58,574 bases of DNA. It comes from Atractiella rhizophila (lineage: Eukaryota). The position numbers and the translations under genes are program-made. How positions within the stretch are numbered: position 1 is the stretch's first letter; each line of letters opens with the position of its first letter. The DNA lies in NCBI GenBank assembly GCA_021432655.1, contig MU271358.1, positions 1 to 58,574 of the forward strand, in the 5' to 3' direction. Below the pieces are notes generated by a model. That model was given only the letters and a program-made list of their open reading frames with translations. It was not told the origin of the DNA and did no database searches. This document shows positions 11,366-25,400 of the stretch, one piece after another.

Positions 11366-12366
11366 TCAATAATATTCGTAGTTGGTTTGCTGGTACTGTT
11401 CTTGACTGCTACCCCGCGGGTTGTATCCTTGGTTGTTATGTCGCTGATGGAATACCGGGTTGCCACTCGGCTGGTGGTACATTTGGTTGGCGATTGGCTG
11501 GTAGTATCCTTGGCCGCCACTCGGTTGGTTGTATCCTAAAGTGCCACTGGGAGGGTGGCTGTCCATTGTCGTTAATTCGCTAGCACCGTCTTGCTTTTGC
11601 TCGTGCTCTTGCTCCGGCGCCTGTTGTTTCTCAGGGTCATAAAGAAGGCCCAGATTATCCATGACTTTCTCGATATTTTCCATGGGGTTGTAGTCACGAG
11701 AAACACACTGTCACCCTCATTAGCATTGTTAGTTGACCAGGAGAGGACTCACGTCGATGTACACGGCTCCAATGATTGCCTTGACCAAATCCGCACAGCA
11801 GCCTCCAGGAAAGTCTGGCATTTGATGATATGCAAGATTTTCGAGGTTTATCCCCCTGCATGCTGCTTCGAGTGGACGTTGGGACAGGCCGCCTTGGATA
11901 ACTCGGGTGTGTAAACCTGAATTGCAAGGTCATTCCAAATATCAAAGGCAGAGGCACAGACCTGGGTTATCTCCCTTGCCAGCACGGTAGAGAACCTGCA
12001 GAGAATAAGAGTGAAACGATTGTCGTCTGAGGACATACCGCCGTCTGAACCGTTTTCATCGCCACGTCACCCAAGCTGTAGAAGGACCTGAGTCCGCAGA
12101 TGCTTGCTCATTCAGCAGCCACGTACCGCGCGAGCCCTCCATTGGCGCCCTTGACGGCGGTAGAATGGCTCCGGTGTGTGATTGCTTCGAGCCACAGGGC
12201 GTACTTCTCTTTGACAATAGTATATCCAGTGATTCTGGATAATTGCTCGAAGCGCTCCACTGCTGTGGGTACAACTATTCCATACCCTGGAGAATTCTGT
12301 CAGTTTCTTACTTTGAGACAAAAGAATTGAAGCGGCCTCACTAGCCTGAGCGTTGCTGTTGGACAT
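11366..12366 (-). CDS. Stand-alone RNase III-domain protein, copy 3 (catalytically degenerate, Q/N/Y/G prion-like tail)
   Basis: Same exon structure. Reads MSNSNAQA/RYGIVVPTAVERFEQLSRITGYTIVKEKYALWLEAITHRSHSTAVKGANGGLAR/LGDVAMKTVQTA/VLYRAGKGDNP/GLHTRVIQGGLSQRPLEAACRGINLENLAYHQMPDFPGGCCADLVKAIIGAVYID/CVSRDYNPMENIEKVMDNLGLLYDPEKQQ...YQQTNYEYY. Confidence 0.82.
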
Positions 12367-12499
12367 GGTGCGAACTACGGAAGTAAAAACCTTGATGAAT
12401 ATTGGCGTATGTTCTCGGGGATTGCAATCTGAGACCAACCGAAGCTACATCGTGCAATGGTGCTTTTATAGCTTCCGCGACCTTATGAGCAGATCACTC

Positions 12500-14157
12500 T
12501 CTGCTGTAGCAGAGCGTGAAGCGTTCAAAACTGTGGGCCTAAACAACATGCCAATGTTTTTGCATCCATTGTAAACCAAGGTTGACGCGGTATCTTGTGA
12601 CTTTTTCGAAGGTCGTCGGTTGAATGAGACTGACTCCAGGATCTGCTCATCAGGAGGGTTTCCTCAGATTTAATGCCCGTAATCTGATATCCCCTTCCAT
12701 CCAGTTGTTTGTCTCTGAGCCAGGAGATCACGCAATCGTCGCCCATTGGAATTTTAATAGTTCGATCTTAAGAGTTTTGTAACCGAGTAGATAAGTCAGA
12801 GAGTCAATAAAGCTCATGCCTGTCACCAACTCGATTAGCGTCAGTCGAGAACAGCACTCCGGAGGTGTGGCACATTCATAAATGATAGGTTTCGATCCGA
12901 GCCCCTCGATATTCAATAAGTTGGAGTCGGTGTCAAAGGCTTCGTGTTCTAGTTTCAGAGGAAGGTTGCTCCAGCGGTGACACGGTGGCAGGATTTGTGA
13001 GCGATTGTGCTGTATTCACAACTTCGGCACCTTCGTGGCTCGAAAAGAAGCGACGATAGGTTAGGCAGTGAACGGATGTCATGGGTTTCACGGTAATATA
13101 AAGTGCAGGCTTGATCGAAACACGATTCAAAGGAAATTCCATGCGAAGTGCCAAACAGCGAAAGAGTGGCTCTTCCAAGAGGATTCGTTCATCACAGGCA
13201 ACCGTCGACACGCCAAAAAGGGACCGTATTATCAAGGCAGGGCAGGTTAGTCTTCCGTCAGCTTTCTGAGTTTTGGAAAGATTCGACGATTTGGCGCCAA
13301 TGATATCAGCTTGTTTATTGCTTCCTTGCTCAATTCACGGCGCGACAAGAACCGACGTTTAACTCCCGCATTGGAAACACGGTGGAATGTTTGTGTGCTC
13401 CAAACCTCGTCGCTCAAGGCGTCGCCGAAGCGAAACAGTTTAGCTAGGGCACAAGAGGCAGTCCCTCAGGTTTGTGCCTGGGTACTGACTTCACGCAAAC
13501 AAACAACGACGTTAATGCGATCTACATTCTTTCAGATCAAATGATTTCTCTACCATAGACCTCGGGTAAGAAAAATACGTACCATTCAATTTTGCCCAGA
13601 TCAGTCGTGTTATCCTTCATTGAGAGAACGGCCCTGCTTCGTTCAAGTCTCCTACTCTTCCTTGGCCATTCTATGCCAAACAGTCCTAGTTGACGATTGA
13701 TCCCCCGTTCTCCCGCTTATGGGAGGTGTCCTTGAGCTGTCCAACTCGAATGATCCGTTTCTGTATCCGAGCTCCTCCTCGCAGGTGAGTGACATGGATA
13801 ACGATTTTCTTCGAGTTATGCGCAGTCATGATTGCACTTGTATAGTGACGTGGGTTTGAACGTGTACTGAGGGATTGATCATTAAAGATCGCAGTGCACC
13901 AGAAATAAATGTCTTGCAGTGTTTTCCCCAGAACTTTACGAAATCAGTAAAAGCCGGATTCAGAACATTTTTTTGGGTGTCCTCTTCATGCAGCAATCTG
14001 GGGTGCCGAACAAAGAAAGCTTTGTGCATGAACTGAGCAGAGGAATAGAAGGCGCCATAAGCTTGCCTTGTTCTCATTGTCCTTAAGAGCAGGCATCCTC
14101 GTCTCAATCCACAACTGAGACGGGCATCACACATTTCCACTAAATAAATCACTCCTC
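12500..14157 (-). pseudogene. Degenerate relic homologous to 5300-6990, lacking its F-box-like 5' end
   Basis: Clear nucleotide homology (e.g. gcaggcatcctcgtc..aatccacaactgaga; ggacctcgggt; caaacaaacaacgacgttaat). Homology ends at about 14157. Confidence 0.4.
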
Positions 14158-14173
14158 CAACGTGGTTGGAAAT

Positions 14174-14672
14174 ATGTACCTGTTCGCACTTCTTTTCTTC
14201 CTACAAAGTCAAACCTTCTTTGCTTATGCCATGCCGCAACAATGTGAGTATCCTCTTCCTTTCAAGTTTCTTAAGAACAACATTCTGATGCTTTCCAGCT
14301 CTACCCCTAACAACAGGGGGACTGCACCCTATAGGATTCAGCTTGGGCCCTCTGGTGACTGATGTAATCCAACCACCATCCTTGAACGAGCTGAGTGCGT
14401 TGGGATGGAGCACCATCATGTCCAGCACTAGCTTAGAAGTCACGACTGCGACTGTCACAGTTCTGGTATCACCAACTGAAACGGTTCCTGTGGTTTCCTC
14501 CACCCCCGCATATCCCAACAGCGCCGGAGAAGATGATGAATCGAAAACTCGTTTGTTAACGTTGACGCTGGTCGTCGTGGGCATAATATCTGGACTAGTT
14601 CTTGGTGTGAGTGACATCACGGCATCCCTTGTGAAAGTGAATGAGAATCTAAAAGATCGGGACAGGCGTTGA
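14174..14672 (+). CDS. Small secreted or single-pass membrane S/T-rich protein (2 exons)
   Basis: MYLFALLFFLQSQTFFAYAMPQQ signal-like exon, GTGAGT..CTGAT..CAG intron spliced in frame to ORF 14343-14672, which has an S/T-rich stalk and hydrophobic LLTLTLVVVGIISGLVLGV. Confidence 0.6.
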
Positions 14673-15064
14673 GCGCTGTTCTCTTGGTGCGTCGAAAGGA
14701 GAGAAAGGATTTCATAAAGCGCACCGAGATGTTACAACATGCTGTTTATGGAGACGACTTCGCTAAGTAATTCAATGAACCCTTTGCAACGGTACGCAAC
14801 TTGTTATTGTTATCATGAATGGCGACAATGGTGGCTTTTCGGCTAGTTTCCATATGATTGGACGCCATTTTAAGCTCGCCTCATCTTGTTTGGTCTGGTT
14901 GAATCCTCCAGCTCCAGAGAAGATGAGTTCAATGCCATAAACTCAACGGTGCCAAGAAGCGGGACAAGCGTCAGAACGTTAAGGACGCAAAACATATGTT
15001 TCGAAGTTGCACATCAGACAACGATAAAAAGAGCTTGGATAAATTCAGTGGTCCTTCCACACGA

Positions 15065-16788
15065 TCAAATGAGGATGATCTTCTTTTTCTTCTTCTTCTT
15101 TGCCGGTGGGCGGAGCCCTGCATCATCCGTCCTTTCATGGAGCTCTTTATCGTTTGGGTCTGGAAGACCTGCTCCGACATCCCCTGGATGTACCTCAATC
15201 TTGTCCGACTCCAACTCTTCTTTTTCCGGCTGAGTTGTCTTTGCCTCTGAAGGTAATAGTACCGCTGTCTCCGGCATGAGGTCGCTTTCGGCGGGTCGTT
15301 TCAGAGGTGGCACGGAATGCGGCTGGTCTGTGTCTGAAACCGGCGTGCGGATGACAGGTGGAGTCCGAGGGCGGCGTGGAGGTATGGTATTGGTATCGAT
15401 GAAAGGCGTCGGACGCTTTGGGAGTGGATGGATCATTCGCTGTCCTGGTTGTGGCACCACAGCCGAAAGGACTGGTTCCCCGTTTGATTTTGAGTTCGGC
15501 GTAGGTGCGGGTGCTGGCACCAGTGTTGATGTGGATGTTGAGGCGGAGGTGGAGGGCGGATGTCGCTCCTTCATCGACTCCAGTTTACGTTCCAAGGCGT
15601 GTATCTTGCCTGCTGTCCTACACCCAACGACGCACAAAGAGAAGAAAAGCAGTCGTCAGACGGTACAAGGAAGCGGAAACTGAAAATTTTCTGGATCTTC
15701 CGGTTACAAGTCTCATAAGGAAACTGGAAGGAATATGGCGAGCATGCTTCTTCGGCTTTGCCTCCTCTGTCTCTTGCAATATCGTGCAACCTGTAGCTGA
15801 TGAAAAGTACCTCTGCCTCCATAACCTCTTCACCCACGATAAACGTAAATAATAAACAATCTTATCCAGCCATCGTGAAGATGGTACGGAAAAGAGCTGA
15901 TTTCAAGACCGAAGTTCAAAGAACAGAACAGAAAGGAACTGAAAAAGGAGACGGGAAGCGAGAGTGCTGCTGAAATCCCGGCCTCTCCAACACTCCGCAA
16001 GAACTGAAAGCAGGAAGCGGCGCACATCGTCCTGATGTCCTGGTTGAACCGGCTGTGAGCTTGAAAACTCATGGTTTCATCGACGATGGCCCAAGCGGTG
16101 CCAACGCTCGTGCTGGTTGTGACAGATTTCAGGATCTTGCGTTCTCAGTGATCGCAAACAAAGCAGAAGAGAAAACGACACGAATAGAATGTACTGGAAC
16201 TGAGTGAGAAAATCATGTGCTGTCTTGCACCATACGAGCGACATAGTCGCTGGGAGCATCATCTAGGAGCTAGGAGACTTATCGTGGAGACTTATCGTAG
16301 AAGCGAGGAAGAAGATGGTGAGGCAGATTTGACAGTCCACTCTCTTGGGAAGAAAGACTACAGCTTCGCCTTCTTCCCTGACGTGAATCTCAACACGAAG
16401 CAAGTGCAAAGATAGCAAAGATGGTACCAATAGCCTAGTGAAGACAAAGGAAAGAAACTTACGTCCTCGGACCAACGGTTCTCAGGATCCCACCTTTCCC
16501 CTCCTTATCCCTATCCTTCGACTTATCCCCTTCTTTCCTCTCCTTCGCCCACCTCGCCGCCATCCTCTTTCCACCCACCACCCTCCCATTCAATCCCACA
16601 ATCGCCGCCTCTGCGCTCTCCCTCGTCGAGAACGAAGCGAAAGCATACCCTCTCGGCTCGCCTGATGGTGTGAAGAGGAAGTCGAGGGCGGTGAGTCTGC
16701 CGTATGGCTGGAGGAGACGGAGGAGAGCGTATTCGGTGAGAGTGGGAGGGAGCGAGGAGAGGTGGATGCGGGTGTTGTCAGCATCCAT
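15065..16788 (-). CDS. RBM18: RBM18-like single-RRM RNA-binding protein (2 exons, 845-nt intron)
   Basis: RIHLSSLPPTLTEYALLRLLQPYG..LDFLF..GEPRGYAF RRM. Splicing 16462 to 15618 joins in frame to TTAGKIHALERKLESM (RBM18-type KIxAxExKL motif) and a C-terminal basic NLS-like run. Confidence 0.72.
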
Positions 16789-17065
16789 CCCTTTTGGCTC
16801 GCGCGTCGGTGCCCCAGAAATGTCGCGCAATGAGAAAGACAATAATGCGCCAGGATCGCGATGACGATCGAGGGTGGCAAATTTAAGAGTTAGTTGGCAC
16901 TGTTCGAACCGTGTTCTAGAACACCGGTCAACCTTGCCTCTCTTCTTTTGGCATTTCAAACAGATGGACATCCGCATTTTTTCAATGCTTTGCCTTTCCA
17001 CCAACTTTTATTGTTGCTCTATCTTGTCTCTGAGCTTGGGCTCATAATAACATAATACACACACG

Positions 17066-20249
<3,184 letters not shown>

Positions 20250-20726
20250 ACAATGGTATAGCCAGACCTCATTTAGACGGTTCAACCAGTGCTTGATTTT
20301 ACTATCTAGTTGGTAAATACAGTGTGTATCTCTGCTGTTGGAATAGTTAAACCACAATGTTGTCCTTGCCATAAGCGCCCACCAGTGACGCAGAACAAAA
20401 TCCTTGTTTTCAAGTACTGATAATATTGAAGGGAGACGACCGAGACGAGCATTAATGTTACATAGAACCACCGGATGTAAGCAATGAGACAACACGAGTG
20501 AGTCCATATGTTGGTAAGGATGTAGATGTTCTTTCTGGATTGAGTTGGATGAAATGAATCGATGCACAAGTCGCTGCAATGATGGAAGCGAGAGAGTGAA
20601 GGGAGAAGAACGAGGAACGAAGCACCCTTGTGTAATCAAGCCAAGGTCTCGAAATCCAAAAAGCTCCTGAAAGAAGAGGAGGAAAAGGAAAAGGAAATAA
20701 GGCATGATGTCCATAGGGAACTGAGG

Positions 20727-22457
20727 TTAGGAATGATGGAACGACGACGACATTTTGGATTCTTCGCCTCTATGGTCTCCTGAGACCCTGTGGTGAGGTG
20801 TTTGAAGATTTTGGTGCCCGGAAGCTCCGGTGCTAAGTGTAGGAGTAAGTGACGTGTATAGTGTAGAATTTGGGCTGCTGAAGGATGAACCGAAATATCC
20901 TTGAGGGACCATGGCAATACCGTCTGCAGAAGTCGTTGTAGAATCACGCACACCGGCTGTCAGGGTACTGGCGTCGGAATACTGACTGGACGTTAGGCTT
21001 GACGCGTATTGAAGCTGAGACGGCACCCCATCAGAACGAGCACGCAGAACGTATTGAGGATTTACGAGTCCCGACATGGCTGATGCTTGAGACGGTAAAT
21101 AATAATTCATCGAAGGAAGTTGCGAAGCAGGATCATTTCCAATGATTTGGCGAAGAGGAGGAAGCGTCGTGGTGCCAGCGTGAGATTGAGACTGTGGATC
21201 AGCATAGCTTCCTTTGCGAACCGCCATGGAGCCTTGCCCGTAAGGCAAGTAAGCGGATTGCTGGCCTGCTGCAGTCGACGATGCGGCATCTGGCGCGAAG
21301 GAGTTTGCCAATGAAGCGGAGGCGTTTGCGTGGAAAATCGCTTGAGAAGACGGCGTGCTCCACTCAGGAGACGAACGAGTCGAAGAACCACCCCAATTTG
21401 AGCCAGTCGGCCAGTTCGAAGACGATGCGTTCGTTGGTACACCGATAAGACCACTAGGAATAGCTCGCGTGGGATCGTAAGCCAAATGATTGGTGGAAAG
21501 AACAGTTCCCGCGGGGAGGTAGGGGTTGGAACCGGCGACGAGCGAGTAGTTCTCAGTGGTCGTGTACTGAACAGGTGGGTCGACACGCTCCCGAAGCTTT
21601 TTCTGACCTTGACGGCGCTGCAAGCAACTCAGCACGGTTCTTTCGATGCAGGTGGAGCAAGCTTACATTTTGAAACCAAATCTAGTGGTGAAAGCAAAAC
21701 AGCAATCAATGCCATGCACATTCGATGATGGATTTGTGCACTAACTGGAATAAACTTACTTGTACTCGACGTGGGCTCATGCCAATCTGCTTTCCGACTA
21801 TAGAATCCATCAGTACGGTCTCAAAGAAAGCGAACACAACTCGGTACCTTGCTCTCTTACTTCCGTCGAAGGAAAACGCGTCTGATTTAGAGTGAGCATT
21901 CACGCTGGCACTGAGTAATGTAAACGTACCTCAGCAAGCAATGCATTCAACACACTTGCTTGATAGGCCGTGGTCAAAGTTCTTGTACGCTTCTTCTTCT
22001 CTACTGTCGGTGGTTAGATTAACAAGGAGAGTTGAAAACGATGCGGAGTGGACGAACCCGGCTTGGAAGTCTTCATTTTGTCGTCTTTCTCCTCCTCCTG
22101 CGATCCCTCCTTTTCCTCTTCTTGCTCCGACGAGCTCGAAGTATTTTGAGGATTGTCGGGCGATTTGGATGGTTGAAGGTATGTCAAAGACGGAACTTGA
22201 GGGACTTGAGGGACCGTCGAGGAAGATTGAGGAGAAACGGAGGAACCCGTCGAAGGCCTCGAGTATGAACGAGCCTGAGAGATGTGCGGAAGGTGAGGCG
22301 ATGACTGATCGGATTCGGGTTGAGATGTTGAAGAACCAGACGCGTCCCGTCTGAGAACCGAGCTCCCCACGTCGTACGCGAATGCAGGTTCTTCCCCTTC
22401 GAGCGAGTATGAATGATTCCCAAGATCCAAGGTGCGGTGGTAAGAGGCGTAATCCAT
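20727..22457 (-). CDS. Homeodomain transcription factor
   Basis: Splicing short exons gives KKKRTRTLTTAYQASVLNALLAE/TRFPSTEVREQ/VGKQIGMSPRRVQ/IWFQN/RRQGQKKLR, flanked by S/P/Q-rich regions. Start codon uncertain. Confidence 0.85.
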
Positions 22458-25400
22458 CCCTTCAGAGCTGTTCGGGGCAGGATTTGCTGGTGTAGGAGTT
22501 TTCAAGTCCAAATTCCAAACCTGGTAAGGATCTAAAACGGGGATAGGAACAGGGTTTGCACAAACTGAGGTCACTATTTGAGGATTGATTTGAGGACCCT
22601 GAGATGAATTCTGCAGACACCAGGTGGGATGGCAAAGTTTATATGTTGTGTTGAGGCAAGAGTGCCCGTCGGGGAGGATATAATAATCAGAACGATGATA
22701 GATAGAATAAGTTCGACGGGTTCACATGAAGTTTCGTGAAATTGATGTTAGCGGCAGCGAACGGGAAAGTAAGGAAAATGAAAGCGGATGAAGCAAGGAG
22801 GTCAATACAAGCTGCTTTTCAGAAGGAAAGCGGGAGAAAGGCTCACCGGGAGAGGATCTTTGGAGGTGTCGTTATCCATGATGCTGGTTGCGAAGCTGGA
22901 GGATCTGTGTTGGTTGACTTTTGAGCAAAATTGGCTGAATAGCACCAGAAGTGATCGTGATCGTCCGTTTGCGGGTGTAGCGAATCAGATCGAACAAAAA
23001 GGTTGGGAGAATAAAACAATTAAGTTGGAGAGTAAAATGAATCTATTACGAGTGACGATAGCAAAGATCGCAAATTTGAAAAGACAAGGCGCTCGTGAGG
23101 GGATGTCAGAAGGAGGGAGTAAATGAGACGAGTTCCTCCGTCGCTTTTTCAAGCAGGAAGTCAAGGATACCAAAGGGACAGCCACTTTGCTGAACACTGC
23201 GTCATCCAGACGCCGGGACGATGACCTGAAGCATTCCGAAGCAACTTGTCCTCAAGGATGGACGGGACGCAGCCAAAACTTCCCGCTTTTCTGGATGCAT
23301 CGACCGGTCAATACAGTTTTACTTAAATCGCAAAAGCCTCGGGAGCCCTTTTGGTCAGCAATCTGTTGTTGTGAAGAAGCGAAACAAGGCAACGCGCCAC
23401 TGCAAACAACTGCACCTGTCAGGCAGGCTGAACTGCAGCCCAACATGATTGGCTCACAGCTCCAAAACTCCAATCTAACGCGCTAAATAACGACACGAAC
23501 TCCTCAGGGCGAGCAAACGGTCTGCGAAGAAGAAAAGCTGCAAGCAACAGATTCGACCCAAGAGTTCGGAGAACTTAAAAGTCGCGTCCTTCCCTTGTTT
23601 GCATCGCAAATTGCACGTGGCAGTTTAGATCAACCTCAGAAACTTCCGACGCCTGTATCAACGGAATGAAAAGGACCCCAAAGTTATCGACGGCGCCAGC
23701 TCCCGTTCTTCCACACCAAGAATGAGAGATAGACGAGAGCGGAGTTGAGAAAAGCACGAATTAATTGAAAGGGTCGTGCTGATGCTCGGAAGTGCAACTT
23801 CGGCGACCATGTTTGGCCGATGATTTCGATCACTATGTTCATCGTCGACATGGAGAGTTTTTGGACTGGAACTTGGAGAGGGTCAGGTGTCTACCGACAA
23901 ATCTGCGAGGTGAAGAAGCAGAACAAGGTGCAGGCCATGTTATGATTTTTTTGCGATCACTTGCAAGCTCCCAGCTAGCGCGATCATTGATGAGGGAAAA
24001 CCTCTATCAGAAGAATATCTTATTCCATTCTTGACTCAATTTTGCCTCTTGAGCAAGCATCGATGTGGCCTGCTGGATGGCGGATTAAGATTGATCCACA
24101 TCGATGCGACTTTGAAGCAAAGTTTGGGCGGATTTCTGGAATTGAATTAGGAGAACCCCTCAAACTTCGAGATGACGAGAGAGAGGAGCTTCTAAGATGG
24201 TATATTTGACCCCTTGCATCAATCACGAATATGCGCTCATCAGCAGGGCACGAAATTGGATATCTGGCCGGGAGCAACGGGGAGTAGACTTTTTCGGTTG
24301 CGCAACAACTTCTCTTCTGTCCCTTCATCGGTGGGCTTCTGTACCTCCGTCTAGTGAGCATTGGCAGATTATTCACTGTCAACAACCGACCAGCTCACGG
24401 TGCTGTGAAGCTCTAGCGCGGCCGAAGCGGTGATGAATGAATGATGATTTGGTCACGTGAACAAACAACAAAACTTATGTTGTCTTTGTCTTCCACTTTA
24501 TCTCTGTGAAAAGGAATAGAGGGGGCGATCTGGAAGAAGCAGGAGAAACTTTGGAGCAGAAGAAAGTTGGGATCACTCCTACGTTTGTCCCGCCAACTAA
24601 ACGTCCTTCGTTTGATGGATAAACGCGACGAGTCGGGCACTCTCGTTTGCTATCGACAAACTTGGAACAAATGTTGAATACAAGAAGATCTTTTCCGAGA
24701 GCCGAGGAAAATATTTGAGGCTGGATGGTAAGGAAATACGGGTAACCCTGCTTGCTCGCGCTGCTGCCACGGTGCTACGCGAGGCGGCGTAGAGCTGCGT
24801 CGCCACTTCCGCTCCTGGGGAGTGCAACTCAACAAATCCATGTTCCAACCAACGCCAACATCTCGAACCGCTTACTAAGAACGAAACATCGGCCTCCTCG
24901 CATGAGCGAGGGAGAGGAAGCAAAGGCTACCTCAGGTCGGGTGATGTCGTGATCAGAAAACCTAACTTGGTCATGAAAGTGGACGTCCGAGCTGCAAACT
25001 TGACCTCAAGCGAAGAGAACAAGACCAACCATGAGGAATGGTGAAGCAGTTATTTTCGCTGCGATCGACGCGGGGCAAATTGCATACGCAAACGGGATGG
25101 TACCGTCTGGACGGGAGTAACCCAAGTCTCTCATCACTGCGCAGAAGAGAATCTGTGTAGATGTGGAAGGGAACAAGCTATCGCGAGGAATGGTCTAGTT
25201 TAGCATGAAGCCGAAGGAGCCAGGCCGAGCTCCAGCTCGTCGAGGTTGGGACAGGAGGTGCTACCTCCTCCTTCATTTCCCCCCAGAAAACTGGCAAATC
25301 AACTCCTGGGTTTCATACACACTGTCCACTTCTTGTGACGACTTCAGGCTGCTTAGACGGCTTGGACGGACACATCCCCATGTCAAGCCTCAGATATTCA

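Noticed and set aside
2469..12366. RNase III segments as exons of one Dicer gene or as Rnt1/Pac1
   Set aside because: Each copy has its own start and stop and the same intron pattern. No helicase, PAZ or dsRBD sequence is present and the catalytic glutamates are missing.
1885..14157. Array as a transposable element
   Set aside because: No transposase, RT or integrase motifs, terminal repeats or target-site duplications were seen.
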